DNA of 63,450 nt, the filler included, from Bipalium vagum (taxonomy: Eukaryota), in NCBI GenBank assembly GCA_037834085.1. It is 3 parts of 3 records of this genome, joined end to end, with 100 filler letters (N's around TTAATTAATTAA, not from the genome) between each part and the next. Parts side by side here need not be neighbours in the genome. Positions count along the whole stretch, not along the records: positions 1 to 27,773 come from JBBMKC010079504.1; positions 27,874 to 47,761 come from JBBMKC010265234.1; 1 more part is not named here. One strand, written 5' to 3'. Of this stretch, positions 26,960 through 40,924 are shown piece by piece. Within the stretch, counting starts at the first letter, position 1. Each line of letters opens with the position of its first letter. Below the pieces are notes generated by a model that made no database searches, was not told where the DNA came from, and saw only the letters and a list, made by a program, of their open reading frames with translations. The position numbers and the translations under genes are program-made.

Positions 26960-27773
26960 TTTCAGTTTTGTCAATACATGTACGCAAATGAATAAATAAA
27001 AAAATACGAACAACACTTTATTACTAAAATAACAATAACAAAGGCATTGTATCAAATAATCAATAAAAATGTCTTCAATCAAATGTTCAATAGCCAATCA
27101 CACTAAAATCAAATAATAATAATCAAACAAGTAATTAGATCAAATATCAATTAAATAATTAAATGTCAATTAATTAAAAAAACAAAGAAAAAAGTGAGTA
27201 TACTCTCAGCAGTTGTGACAACGACAGGTCCGAAGGGTGGTTTGCTGAGCCCAATCCTTTTAGCTTAGAACCTCCTAACAGCTCAGGACCCATTGTGAGC
27301 TCCTGTCGCAGAGAGGACATAAGGAGTGATTACTAACTGCCAAATGACTAAAATCTCTGGCGAATATCTCGAATATCTCGTAATCACTCACGAAAATTTC
27401 TCTCGGAGAATTTTATGGCAATCCACTAAGGATTCCAACTTTTTATACACTATTCTGGTCAGACGATCAATCAATCGTAGACCAGCATTATGAATGGGAT
27501 ATGTCGATTCCCTTTTTAGCTCTTTAATTCTAAATTAGTCCTTCCTTGCGGACCCTGATCTAATCTTGGCAATTTAGATTCGCCATTGTCAAGATTAGAT
27601 CCCTTTAAAATAAAAAGTAATTACTAAATCGGTCACTCCTTGCAGATTCTGATCTAATCTTGCAATTTAAATTCATTATTGTTAAGATTAGACCCCTTTA
27701 AAAATAATTAGTTGGCCCTTTTTTGTTTTAAGTAGGCACGCACTTTTTAATTAATTACTTTTATTTCATTATT
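26960..27773 (-). mobile_element. LTR-like remnant with duplicated hairpins, truncated by an assembly gap
   Basis: Minus-strand TATAAAA at 27441-27447, with hairpin 27455-27485 just upstream. A 17-bp stem gatctaatcttggcaat/attgtcaagattagatc (27557-27601) is repeated in a diverged ~95-bp duplicate (27650-27693). Left boundary uncertain. Confidence 0.45.
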
Positions 27774-27873
27774 NNNNNNNNNNNNNNNNNNNNNNNNNNN
27801 NNNNNNNNNNNNNNNNNTTAATTAATTAANNNNNNNNNNNNNNNNNNNNNNNNNNNNNNNNNNNNNNNNNNNN

Positions 27874-27945
<72 letters not shown>
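27874..27945. repeat. (AAT)n microsatellite at gap edge
   Basis: Pure aat run. Confidence 0.95.
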
Positions 27946-27946
<1 letters not shown>

Positions 27947-28849
27947 GAATCAATAAATTATATCTATATATTATTATCGAAACAGCTATTATTGTTATAA
28001 TTATTTTATAATTATATATAATTTTAAAATAAACAAAAATAAAACTTTTAATTAAAAATCTCCAAAATACAAAAAGCATCTGATTTATCAAAAGTAAAAA
28101 TTTATTCCTTCCATCATTAATTAGTTTGTAGATTTTTATGCTTGATAATCGAATTTTTTTCAAATAACAAAAATTATCAAAAAAATTTCTTATGTTGAAA
28201 TTAAATTTCTTTTTGGAATATGAGGAAAATTGAGAATAATTGTTAACTCATAAAAATACTGCCTCTAACAAAACACCAGTACTAATTAACATTTTATTCT
28301 TAACAATAAATAAAATTTCTGTGAAATATATTTTTGCAATATTAACCATAAATTTATTCATGTCGATATTCAGTATTACCAATGGTGGACACAAAATTTT
28401 AATATTTCTCAAAATAATAATTTCTTTTCCCATTTCCCAGTTTTTTAAAAATTCTGAATTTTGAAAAAGAAATCAAACTAAATTATGGGAGTTTTAATTT
28501 TATTAAAAAATTGTTGAAATTTTATGTTACAAAAATTTAATTGAAAAACTAAATTAATGGGAACTATGCAAAAAATTTCAGATTTTTATAAATAATGAAA
28601 AAATAAATTCAACATCAAATATTTTTGAAAAAATATTATTTTATTTTATTTTAATCTTGTAAATTTTTGAGAAATTTTTCCATTATTAGACTTACTCGTT
28701 TCTTATATTAAAAATTTTGTTTTTTTACCTAAAAGTAACAACGTTTTTTGTATGACCTACATTAAAAACCAATGAGAATAATAACAAGAAGGATAAAATA
28801 ACAACAGATAAAATTGACAACTAGCAATTATATTTTTATTAAACAATTC

Positions 28850-29700
28850 ATAATTTCTTCAAAGCTATTATGGTATTGTAATCACATAAATTCTTGAAGA
28901 AAATCACCTCTGAGGCGATTATGTGCTCCATACATACCTATCATCCTTTCTTTGATCTTGTTGTTTCACCTTTCGACATTCTGAGTGTGAACATTGCGGT
29001 CATAATCAATAAACTGGTATTTATGAAAAACCGATTAATTTTGCCTCATCAGAGTATATTGTGCTGCCTTGTCTAACTATTCTGTATATGATTGGAAAGA
29101 TAGAATTTTTGATTCTGTCATCCATTATATCCGCATAGAATTTTGCAGGCTTGTAGCTGCAATCTGCTATTACTAAGACCCATAATTAACTTCCTCGATG
29201 AGCTTTAACCTTGTGATTCAACATCGTTGCGTCAATCTGAACTATTTTATTTAGACTACCTAACAAGATAGAATTTTTATCAAAATATTTGTTATATCCT
29301 CTATTAGTTTGGCTCGAAATTTGGACATGTTGAATTATTGTATAAAATTTAAATGAATTTATCCAATGATGCAAAGTGTCAAAAATGACCCAATGTGTAT
29401 TATACAAAATTTTCAAAGTAAAATTCTTGATAATTTAGATCCTTAATATTAAGGGAAAATCAAAAATGAATTGGTAACGAAATTTGTTCAATGCATCTTT
29501 AACGGAGTAACAACGACCCATTTCTAGCGCACATTGTAACGCTACGATAAATTAATCTTATGATAATGGAATATTTTAAGAAAAGATTACTACACTTTCT
29601 CCCTTTACTTTCCGAAGCCATTTTTACACTCAATTATTGGGGTGATTGTTTGGTAGTCTGTATATGAATTGACTTTATTATACAAACTTATGATGTATTA
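28850..29700 (-). mobile_element. Merlin/IS1016 (ISXO2-like) transposase remnant
   Basis: LGSLNKIVQIDATMLNHKVKAHRG (cf. GG.g.iVqIDEs...K.K..RG) and GSTIYSDEA. Confidence 0.7.
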
Positions 29701-29939
29701 GCCAATAAATTGAATATTTCATAAATTTGGTAAGGTTTAATTGAAGAAAGAATCTTTGAAAAGGAGCATTGCATTTTATAAATTAATCAAATATTTCTTG
29801 TGAAGAAAATGAAAGATAAAACACATTATTTTTTAAGTTTTTAAAAACCATTGATAATAAAATTTTATGACTTCAATAAAATATTTAATTATTAATGAAA
29901 ATATATATTTGGTTGATTAGAAAATAATTAACTGTTTTA

Positions 29940-31048
29940 CGAAGGTTGGTTGAAAAGTGCGGAGAATAATAAATACGCCAGTTCCATATTTAAATCTTTG
30001 TGTATAAATTTTATAAAATTAATATTCAGTAATCAAAATTCAAAATTTCATTAAAATAGGTACTGTTGCTTTAGTAATATATGAATTTTAAGTTTCATAT
30101 TTAAATAGGCTTAGAAAAATGCAGAAAGAAGAAATACGATCAGAAAATAAATATATGAATATTAAAGGATTAGCCAATGTCAGTCAAGAGCGACCTTGAT
30201 GCAACATTAAATGAATATTCCCCCACATTAAAAACTGTTTATCAGTGTGTTGCCAAATTTAATCGAGGTGATGTGAGCATTAAAAATGCACTGCGATCTG
30301 ATAGACCAAAAACAGCAGCCTCCTAGTAAATGGTTAAAAATATACAAGAAATCGTATTGATAGAGGTAGATTAAAATTGATTCAGATAGCTGAATCTAAA
30401 GGCATCTCAAAAGAACATGTTCACCACATCTTGAATGAAGAATAGGGGTATGAGAAAGCTGTATGCAAGATGGGTATCTCGTCTGATAACAGCACAGCAA
30501 AAACAACATTGTGTGGCAACCTCAAAGAAGTGCTGCTTCCTGTTTATACGATATCATCCAGATTTCTTTAATCGATTTATCACTGTGGACGAAACCTGAC
30601 TTCATTATTATACGCCTGAAACAAAAATTCAATCAATGCAATGAACAGCAAAGGGTGAACCAGCTCCCAAGACAGCGTTCCCTTGGCAACCGTTTGTTTG
30701 GATGCTAAAGGTATTATTTTCATGGACTGCCTTGAAAAAGATAAAACAATAACTGAGTTATATTATGCAAACCTACTTGATAAACTGCTTCAGATTTTTT
30801 TCTGTTCAGAAACCTGAAGAAATTTCTCGCTGGACAAAGATTTTCGTCAATTAGTGAAGTGATTACATCTGCTGTTGGCTATTTTGCAGACCTCGACAAA
30901 TTGGCGTATAACAATGGCATCAAAGATTTTGAGAAACGTTTAATAATGTGTATGCAGCTTGTAGGAGACTATATTGAAAAATAATTTTTTTTATCTTTTG
31001 ACTTTATTGTTTTCATATCTATACACTGAACTTTTCAACCAACCCTAG
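29940..31048 (+). mobile_element. Internally deleted mariner with both TIRs
   Basis: TIRs cgaaggttggttgaaaagt / acttttcaaccaaccctag. Protein motifs KTVYQCVAKFNRG, GMRKLYARWVSRL, RFITVDET*LHYYTPETK and DFFLFRNLKKFLAGQRF. The HDNA region is deleted. Confidence 0.9.
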
Positions 31049-31439
31049 TGCGTATCCAAACTTGACAATATATTTTTTTAAACTATATTGTATTGTGAAT
31101 ATTTAAACATATTTTAAAATTTTATAAAGTTCCCAATACTTAAAATTTTTTATTAAATTTTAAAATATTTATAGAAATGAAAATAGGCAGCAATCGGAGC
31201 AGGTTGCTACAGTTGTAACAAAATAGACCACATTAGGAGAAACTAACTAAAGCGGAAAAGAATACAATATTTTACATGTGGTTAGGAACAACATATAATA
31301 TAAGAATAGATTGTAACAGATTGAAGTGCAAATAGTTTATATCTCATTTGAAAACGCAGAAATGGATTTATATTTCCATAGGTTTTACTTTTACTAATTT
31401 CTAATTTATATATATTTATATATTATTTATTGTAAGATA

Positions 31440-32382
31440 AATATCAATTACAGGAAATTGCACTGTACCAGTTTATATTGCTCAAAAGCACTAAGGAAAC
31501 ATGTAGTAAAACAATGAAGTATTCGGTATGTGCTCAGAAAAAAGCGCGCCGTGCAAAACTGATCTAAAACTTTTTCAAAAGATGGTAAAATATTTAAGTA
31601 CAACAGCCCGAGACTTTGTCAAAAAGTGAGGAGTCAGTCATCCAACAATTTTGCACCACATTAAGCGGACTTTGGAAAACATTGAAGGTTGGTAAGTGAA
31701 TTCCTCTTAAATAAAAAATGAAACTTAGTTGCGTAACAACCACATTCTTCTTCAAATCTGTCATGAAATTGGCTGCCTATGACAACTGTCGGCTAGATTA
31801 CAGTGGCTGGACATTGAAAAATCTCCACATCATATCGCAAGCCTAAGATTGTATCCAAACAAAACCATAGTGTCTATTTATTGGTCCATGGCTTATCCGA
31901 TTCACTACAGTTTCTGAAATCAAGTAGAATGTGATATTTTAGAAATGTAAAGAAATATACGGAAATTGCAATTTTTGTGTCCCACATTAGTCAATAGAAA
32001 AAAGTAATAATTCTTCTCGACAATACCAGACCCGGATTGTTCAAATAACCACCTGACAGGCGAGTAACCGGTAGAAGACAAATATAATAAAGTAATAACT
32101 GTCGAGGAGGAAGTTGTTTCTTTCAAGGAAGCCCAGCGCGCATGGATTATTGTTCGAAAGTTTTTGCAACAGAACAGCGGTAAAACTGGTATTATGTTAG
32201 CCTGCCAAAGAATCTGCCAAAAGAAAATGCGTCAGACGACGATTTTTGAAGTCTTTAGATTAGCTGATAGTAACTTTTAAAAAAAAGTCTTTTTTTACAA
32301 ACCCTCGCTACTAGGCCACTCTAGCTATTATGCCACTTTTGCTCGGTCCCGACGGGTGGCATAGTAACGAGATTTTACTGTA
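31440..32382 (+). mobile_element. Composite: mariner fragment (31440-32050) joined to a pogo/Tigger-like 3' end (32050-32382)
   Basis: Mariner-like YDNCRL..QWLD and FLDNTRP, followed by KMRQTTIFEVF and a Tigger-style terminus ggtcccgacgggtggcatagtaacgagattttactg-TA. Confidence 0.6.
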
Positions 32383-33133
32383 TTTAATTTCTTTATTAGT
32401 CCGCATTTAGATAGTTAGACAAGAGTGACAGATTATATAATAAAATTTGGTAAATATTTTTTATTTTTTCAGAATATTAACAATTTTTTAAGAATCAAAG
32501 AGTGATAAATTGTTACTGATATAGACCCATACTTGTCATTATCATTATTCTTCTTAGTTGCAATTTTTACTTTTACTTGATCAACTTACCAACCCAATAC
32601 AAGTACGTATTTGGTACTCACTTTTTGTACTATAAATATAGTAACAGTATTTCCCACAATTAATAACTGCAATTTTGACTAAAAAACTAGGAAGTGAACC
32701 AGATGTCTTCTTCTTAGGCCTGGTAGTTCCTCTACAGTGTTTTAATAGATATTTCAAATTTTATGATAATTACAATACATTTTTACACTAGACTTTAAAT
32801 TTTATATATTTGAAGCTTTAATTAAAATATAAGCAACTTGATAAATTGTATAAAAATGTAAATTACCTCTGATAATTTAGCATTTTCAGATATTTTGATT
32901 ACATTATTATTTTTATAATAGTATTGTTCAATTTTGTTACACATTTGTTGATTGGAATTTTAATAATATAAATTTTAATGATATATTAGAACTTAATTAG
33001 CACTAAAGTTAATAACTAACAAAATTAAACAAGATAAATTTTTTTTCTCAAATTAATTAGAAGATTACCTGTTTTGTTTTTAATTACTGAAAGTTTTGTG
33101 AAGTTTAAATTCAATATTAAACGTATTAATTTT

Positions 33134-36100
33134 ATGAATTATTCAGTTGTTAATTTTTTGAAAGTATTACGTTTTTCATTTCATTTTTTTATTTAAGCTC
33201 TGGCTATTTTTATTTTTAGTGGTGTCGAACTGGATCTCTTGTACAACATTGCAGAAACATTTCTACTTCACATACTTTATCACAGACTTATAGAAAAAGT
33301 CCATACAATACTGCCATATTATTTGTACCACAACAAGAAGCATGGGTAATGGAGAGGTTTGGAAAATTTTCTCGAATTCTGGAGCCAGTTAGTTTTATAT
33401 ATGTATATTTCTGTGCTCACCCCTTAAAATAGGGCCTGAACTTCGCCATTCCCGTTATTGATAGAGTAGCTTATGTGCAATTATTGAAGGAATTGGCTAT
33501 AAATGTCCCTGATCAGTCTGCAATTACTGCAGGTTTGGTGTACCTATGTTTGTTTATTTATTAGAAAGTTCTGTATGTAGACAATGTTGTGTTGCAGATG
33601 AATGGAGTCCTTTTTCTTAAAGTTAGAGATGCTTTCAGAGCATCATACGGTGTAGAAGATGCCGAATTTGCCATCACACAGGTGATAATGATAATGCACT
33701 GGTCCTTGTAAATAATTTAAACTAATGTGAAACCAAAAAGATTGATGGTTTATATTAAAATTATCAAAAATTTGAAAATCAACCCAATTAAAAGCTCGTA
33801 TAAATATCATGATTTAGTATAAAAATGAATTTCGCAGGTAATTTAATTTTAGGTACTTGTAAACATTTTTAGCTAAGTATTCGAGAAATCACTGGTTTAA
33901 GTGTTTTACTTCGATTATCGATTTCATTGTCATTTTATCTTCTTAACTAGTACAATATTTATAATGGAATGATAATCAGAAGGTGTGACAGTTGGGTTTG
34001 TGATTGGAAGTAAGGAAAACAGACTTTCCATTCTGTTGTAGTTTGTGAAGAATTTATTGTCTCGTCGTTTCGTCTTCATTTTACATAAAACTAAATTTTT
34101 TACGTGATTGTTCCAAGAGAGCTTCCATCTGACATCACAATAATCCCATCATTTCAACTTGATTATTTGATATCAGAACTTCTTGATTTTCTGGTCGTTT
34201 TGTTAACTCCGCTTTTCGTCCACAGTATGACAATCCCTATTAAAAGCTTATTATTTAAGAAGGAAAGGTCTGTTGGTAATATTATTTTTTATCAAATGAA
34301 AATTTTTATTTGATTTCTCTCGCTGACAAAAGATTGAGTGAGAGGCCTGTCCGTGATATATAAATCCTCGTGTTCTGGGCCTTCTTTTTTAAAATCGAAT
34401 GGATCTTAAAACTGAATAAATATAATTTTTGAGTCGATGAAAACAAATCATTATATTGCAAATTTAAGAACCTTTGACACAGAAACATTCTTTTTAAGCA
34501 TTTTATGAAAATGTTTAATATCGATTATCAGTAACCTCATTGATTTTCTATAAAAGTGAGTCTTCAAAAATCGCTATAAGTAGTTACTGTAAAGATGAAA
34601 AGAAATTTCAATGTATTTAAATATGCAATTTCATTACAAAAATACTTTGATCTTTTTCTTTCCGTTCATATCTTACGGTCATTTGTAAACGAAAGAGTAT
34701 CCATGATATAAAATTGTGCAGTCTATTATCACTTACAAATTTTGTCATTGATTGTAATCTAGACTCAGGAGAGAGGTGATGTCACCTCAAAATTCAAATT
34801 AGTGAACATTCACATAAAACCCGTAAAGGAATAGAATTAGGTCACATTGTGAGTTGAAAAAAGAAAAAACAAAGTAAATGTGCAAAAGAAACATGATCTT
34901 TTTCTAGTAATGTGTAATTTTGATAATAACAAAGCAGAAAAGATTTTGAGTAAAGGTAAAAATTTCTCTGGTGTAAGTTCATAACTCTGATCTTTCGATC
35001 AAACACATTTACACATGATCCGACATATTTATCTCGTCACAGGCGGAATTACCATTGTATTGACATAGTCTGATTAAAAAATCTGTCTCGGTGTTCTAAT
35101 AAATTTATTTATAAATAAAAATATAGTTAAAAACAGTCGACTGATGACTGAAATATTCAGATAAACGTCTTTTAAATTAAAATAATGTATGACTGATGAT
35201 GTCCCAAATAAATTCGAGAAAGCTCTTATAGCTTCCAAAGTTGCAATTATTTTAATTTTTAAAGTAGTGTTTTTGAAACCTGTACAATGTCGAAATGATA
35301 CTGTAAAAATAAAGTCTTCTGTTATTTTTTAAATGAGGTTAGATTTGAGTTCCTTGCCTCCCGAAAAAGACTTAGTCAATAACTTTTAAATCAGAAATGT
35401 ATTGATTCTCATGGTTTGTATTTTGATTAATAAAGTTTATTTTGAACTAAGTTATGGAATTTTTACTTTAAATAAAAAACAATGTTTTCTTGTACCAATC
35501 TAGTAAATAAGAATGTATCGAATTGTATAACTTTGTCTAAAGAATTGAACTGGACTAGAAGAAAGAATAAAAATGATTCATCAGAGATCATGAATAAAGA
35601 AATTTTATTTCCGATTCGATTCTATAAAAAATAATAAAATATCAGTAATATATATTTTTATATTTAATATTTTTTGAAAACATTTTTGAAGCTATTTAAT
35701 AAAATATTCAAAATTAATATTGTTTAAGAAATGGATGTATAATTAATTTTAAAATAATAAGCCCGTACGGATTCAAAACGTTTTTCTACGGTCGCGCGTT
35801 TGGCACAACCCAGGTTATAATCAAAAAATTTTTAAAAATTAGTTTTGTGTATTATGTAATAAATATAACGACATTCGGATAAGGTTTCATAAAAATCTCG
35901 GTCTTTTGAATGATCTATTGACCGAGTTGCTCTGTAATCCATAAGCGATATTATGATGATCAGCTATTGACTTTGATTCAAAACTCTGAATTTCTTAATT
36001 TTAAATGAGAAATTAGGCTTCAGAAATTTCCATTCATGATGGTTACCGTATTGGTAAAATTTTGATCAAAATGAACTTCAAGTAAAACTAATTTAACTCG

Positions 36101-37407
36101 ATATTTGACTCTTAAAGAATATAACAGACTTTAAACGTCGATCTGTTACAATTGATTATCCATAATATTTATTTCTGACCACAAAGCATCAGAATATTTC
36201 AAAAAGGAATTTTATTACCAAAAGCTCTATGATACCTTCAACTCTATTTAAAAATTTTTTCTAACAACTCGTTTTACAGACTCCGTGTACAGAATTATGT
36301 ACCTTTGTGCATATACATCAAAATTTAATCTTTACATTGTCATAAAAATGTTTTTAAAGTGTTTCTGACCAATGATTAGTAAAAAAATATTTAACAATAA
36401 TTCAGGTTTCAAGTGGTAAATTAAAATTTCGCATTATTTAACTTACAATTAAACATTTATCGATTTTATTTAAATTTAAAATATTTATTAAATAATCAAT
36501 ACTTTTTAAAATTAATAAATTTTCATTGTACAAATAAAAAATTATTATTTCACTTGCCAAGCGACATTATTAGAATTATAATAATTATTGTCATTTAAAA
36601 AATCTGTTATCATTATTCGATTCATCTATCAGTTGGCTCAAACAACAATGAGATCGGAAATAGGAAAAATAAACTTGGACAACGTGTTCAAAGAACGGGA
36701 AGTACTCAATATGAACATTGTCAAAAGCATAAATAAGGCCGCTGATCCATGGGGAATTGATTGTCTGCGATATGAGATACGTAATTAATTTCCGTTTCTT
36801 CAACGTGCTCGTAATTTATCCGTAATTCTTCAGGTGATATCGAGCTGCCGGAGAAAATTCAGGAAGCCATGCAAATGCAGGTGGAAGCGGAACGGAAAAA
36901 GCGAGCAGTCATTTTGGAATCAGAAGGTCTGCGAGAAGCAGAAATCAATAAAGCGGAAGCAAAGAAGCGTAAATGTGTTCTTGAATCGGAGGGAGTCAAA
37001 ATTGAGAATATCAATCGGGCTGAGGGTTGGTTAGAATGGTGTAAATCTATTTTATTGACTTTTAGGTGATGCTCAGGCCCTGCTCTCAGTGGCCAATGCC
37101 AAAGCAAAAGCAATCGATATGATCGCTTTATCGATTTCTCAGAATGTATTTTTATTTACTGATTCGAATTGATTTTGTTTGATTTTTCAAACAGTATGGA
37201 GAGAATGCTGTTCAGCTCACCGTTGCGGAAAAATATATTGAACAGTTCGGAAAAATCGCAGGCACAAACAACACTTTGATGTTGTCTTCGCCGGTCCAAG
37301 ACGTCGCAGCCATGGTCGCCCAGGCTTTGACTATCTACAAGAGCATTGATCGGACAAGTCCCATAGACGCCAAACATATCTCGTCATCGGACAAAACTAA
37401 TGAATGA
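33134..37407 (+). CDS. STOML2: Stomatin-like protein 2, mitochondrial (SPFH/band 7); 8 exons
   Basis: Exons 33134-33163, 33220-33387, 33433-33532, 33581-33681, 36633-36780, 36834-37025, 37066-37145, 37195-37407. The spliced protein contains NTAILFVPQQEAWVMERFGKFSRILEPGLNFAIPVIDRVAYVQ, ASYGVEDAEFAITQLAQTTMRSEIGK, WGIDCLRYEIRDI, AMQMQVEAERKKRAVILESEG and VAEKYIEQFGKIA. Exon 1 (MNYSVVNFLK) is the least certain. Confidence 0.95.
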
Positions 37408-38912
37408 TTTTTCAATGGAAAATTATTTTTTTTTAGTTTTTTATTCTCAACTCGAATGGTTTTAATTTTTTTAAATTTTGATATCGAGTTTTGATAATAA
37501 TTTGAAAGGTTTTCATATTACCTTTACATAAATAAGATTAGGATTTTAGTTCTAAACTAATCCATATAGCTAAAATTTTAACACCAAATTCATCTTTCAT
37601 TTTACTAATTTATCATTTAAATTATATATTTGGAATAATTATTAAAGTCAAAATGATGTCTTGAAATTGGATCATTAACTTTTGTATTAGGGTTTTCAAA
37701 TTGAAAGTTTGCTTTAATATTTAATACCGTTTTTTTTACTATTGTTTATATCGTCCATAATAAGAAAAACTTTAAAATCATAGATCCGTGTCAAGTATTA
37801 ACAATTGTTTTAAATTTATTTAACGTATTTATAAATGAATGGAAATTTCGCAAATGACGCTCATATTCTGCATTGTGTACCGTCGGAGTTTAAATGGGGA
37901 TCAAGTGCTACCACGTCCAAAAATTTTAACGATGTTTACGGTGAAATACTTGATGTTCTTGATTCTTGAAGTTCTTATAATCTTTTAAATATATATATTT
38001 GAGTCTTCATTTAAAATTTGTGATTGTTTTAAAATTGAATCAACTTTTTTAGTTGAAATTCTTCTAATAATAATTCATTAAATTTTTATTGAACATAATC
38101 AAAGGATAAACTACTTTCTTGGGTATAAGATTTTAATATTTTATGTTTATACGTATCTTTCAATTTTTTCGTATCTTTTCAATTGACCATTGAAGTATCC
38201 ACATTTCTTAATGAACTTAAAAATCTAATATTTTTAAAGTTAAAACTAATATACATTTCATCAGTATTTGTAATTATATTTTAATTTGATAAGGAAATTT
38301 GTTTGTAATATCCTTAAAGAATAAATGGAAATCATATTTATTTGAAATGAAATAAGGTTTTTAACACTATTAAATTTCTTTCAATACATGGAACATAACT
38401 TTACTCTATCACTATGATCTTCAGCAGGATGTAGATAAGAATTAATCAATACATTTTGTTAACAATAAATCGTGATGAATTACATTGAGATTAAAACCAA
38501 CTAAACTAATATTTAAATAAATCTAGTCTAATTGATTTTATATTATGAAAATTACATGTTTGCATTATCCTGTATGTTTTTTTTATTTCTAAATACTTAT
38601 TTAATTGGTATAAATTTGATAAAAGAATATTCCTTATTTCTTCTTTTATATTTTTTAAAATCCTAATGTTATAAAAGGTGGAGCTTAAAATAAGGATTAT
38701 TAGAACTTAACGGCGAAGGTTGTTCTTAATATTTATATTAAAAATGATTGAATAATAAAGTTAAATAAAATTGAATGCAAATACTAAAACGAAATGAAAT
38801 TTACAAAGTTATATTTTTTAAATAAAAGAGGACTTTAATTTACAAATGCGGGTGATCGTCTTTGATGAATTTCAATATAAGCTCTTATTTTAGGGTTAGT
38901 TTTAGTTTTGGG

Positions 38913-40722
38913 TTAAAAAACTCTCTCGCTCTTAGTCTCAGAGGTCCTCGAATAATAAGAAAAATAATTTAGCTGGTAGATCAAATTGCTCATTTTCGCA
39001 TCATCAATTGTTAGTATACAATCTTCGTATTCTGATGTGTCAATGGATATATTGGACGTTAGCGAGACTAATTCTGGATTTGTACTTGAAATTAGGATGT
39101 TGGCAATATCTTGACTTTTTAATTTATGATCTTTGATTATTCTGTATTATTTAATGGACTATCGGAATTTACAATGTCATTAAATATCTTTTTTCCTCTT
39201 CCGCCCCTAAATGGAACATATGGTGGGGGTGGCGGATTCTCATTTTTTTCATTTATGTATTGTCTTCTATAAATCCCTTGTTTGTCTGTAATTCTCGCAG
39301 GGCACAACCAGATTTCTCTGATGTCATGCGTGCTTTTTATGCATTGTACGTCTCCCCAGCTGAGACCTCTCTTGGTGGTAGAAGCTAATTCTGGTATCTT
39401 TAATTTGTTTGCGGTATTTTGGAGCTTCAGGGTGCTCTGTTGGGGTATTTTCATCAGATTACGAAGATAGGTCAACAATTGTATGTCAATATATCCGGTC
39501 AAGGATTGGGGTTGGATTTGACCAAGGGTCAGAATGTATTCTTCTTGATTGGCAATTAAGACTTTATTGATGAGAGCCTCCTGAAAATATTCGTAAGTGA
39601 GGGATTCATCTAGACCACCAATAAATTCTTTATTCGCAATGCCTGTTTGCTGCTGGTTCATTTTAAAATAGGCTCGGTGCGCTATAATGTTCCTTAAATG
39701 TCTTGGCTCTTGTAATCCATAACATATATTACTAATAGGATATGTTTGGACTGATCAGTACCAGGTTTGTAGGTATTAATGTTGGCATCACTGCATTGAA
39801 TTGGATGTATGCTAAATTCATTTGTTTAAGGTGATAGGGATCCCGTGCTCTAAGGGCTTTGTAAATCTGATCATTATCATGCTGTAGTTTCATGTAGGAT
39901 ATATAATCTGCTCCTTGTATATATTCTATTACCAGGACGGTAATCTGTCTCAGTGTTTCGAACCACAGGGACCGTGCTCGGCTAACTAAATTATCACACT
40001 TAATGGTGTAATATTTATATACCGTTACTGGAGCACCAATACCTCCGATACGTAGAATAGTTGGGTTGTTACACACATGTATGTGTGCTGTTTCCCTTGG
40101 ATACAATTGTTTGAAATGAGGGATAACATCTGCTCTGTAAAAATATCTGGGATTTTTCACTGTGCATGTAGATGGCTCTACACGCGGTTAGGAAGAAGAA
40201 TTTGCATGAATTAGGAATGTATGTTTGCTCCAAACTGACGTTATGCACCTCAATAAGGCCGGTCTGATGATCTAGATATGCTACGCACTCCTGATATGGG
40301 GTTTGGTTGAATTCCTGCATTTGAATTGTTGCGTCTGATTTTGCCTCTGGAAAGTATTGACTCAGTTGGGTGGTTAAAGTCTTTTTGGCTGAAGAATTCG
40401 CACTTGGTTGTGATTTGGACGTACAGGGGTAAAAATTTGATTGTCGGGAGACTGTGAATCCTATTTGCGTTGACTGAGGCTTTTTGGATTATTTTGTATT
40501 AGAATTATTTATTGTTAATGGTAGGAAATACGTGTCTAATAACCACCAATGTAATCGATAATATATGTATTGTTCGAACTCTATCATGTGTTTACCAGCT
40601 GCGAAATTATTCAAAACTATACTTTTATTGTTCTTATATAATACTCTGCACAATTTGTTGTGGGTATAGGATGAAATATGGTGCAGATTATTTTCTCCAG
40701 AGGATGTACTAGATATCTCCAT
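38913..40722 (-). pseudogene. Disrupted ~600-codon ORF of unknown family, adjacent and antisense to the LTR
   Basis: Track ORFs 40489-40722 and 40069-40320 are in the same frame, separated by one TAA and an open linker (SKKPQSTQIGF...DATIQ). Frameshifts near 40160, 39750 and 39145 link to 39732-40160, then QTYPISNIC...YFK plus 39137-39661, then RIIKDHKLKSQDIANIL...KSERVF*. Intronless and higher in GC than the flanks. Confidence 0.65.
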
Positions 40723-40924
40723 ATTCTGTTATTCATAGAAGTTAAAAGAGGTATCTCTAAATTATGAAATTTGACTTGATGACTGATGAAACAGTGTTTT
40801 TGGGTGGAAAAATCATGTATTGTAATATTAATATGGTATTGCTGAGTTTTGTCAAGATAACGAAACAGAATAGTTTGTGAGCCTGGGTGTAAGTGTATAA
40901 AGGATATCTGTGCATCTTTTTTCC

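Noticed and set aside
27818-27829. TTAATTAATTAA palindrome between N runs (also 47806-47817)
   Set aside because: Assembly linker, not biological.
33835-36432. Transposon filling STOML2 intron 4, with weak inverted ends
   Set aside because: Probably a decayed element, but no diagnostic motif or convincing TIR could be read.
36591-37377. Antisense and alternative-frame ORFs over STOML2 (likewise over LARP6 and Cav1 exons)
   Set aside because: Shadow ORFs of real GC-richer coding exons.
38889-38912. ttagggttag as telomeric repeat
   Set aside because: Only one full unit.
40782-40800. ctgatga as a hammerhead ribozyme core near the LTR
   Set aside because: No stem II followed by a correctly placed GAAA, and no closing helices found.
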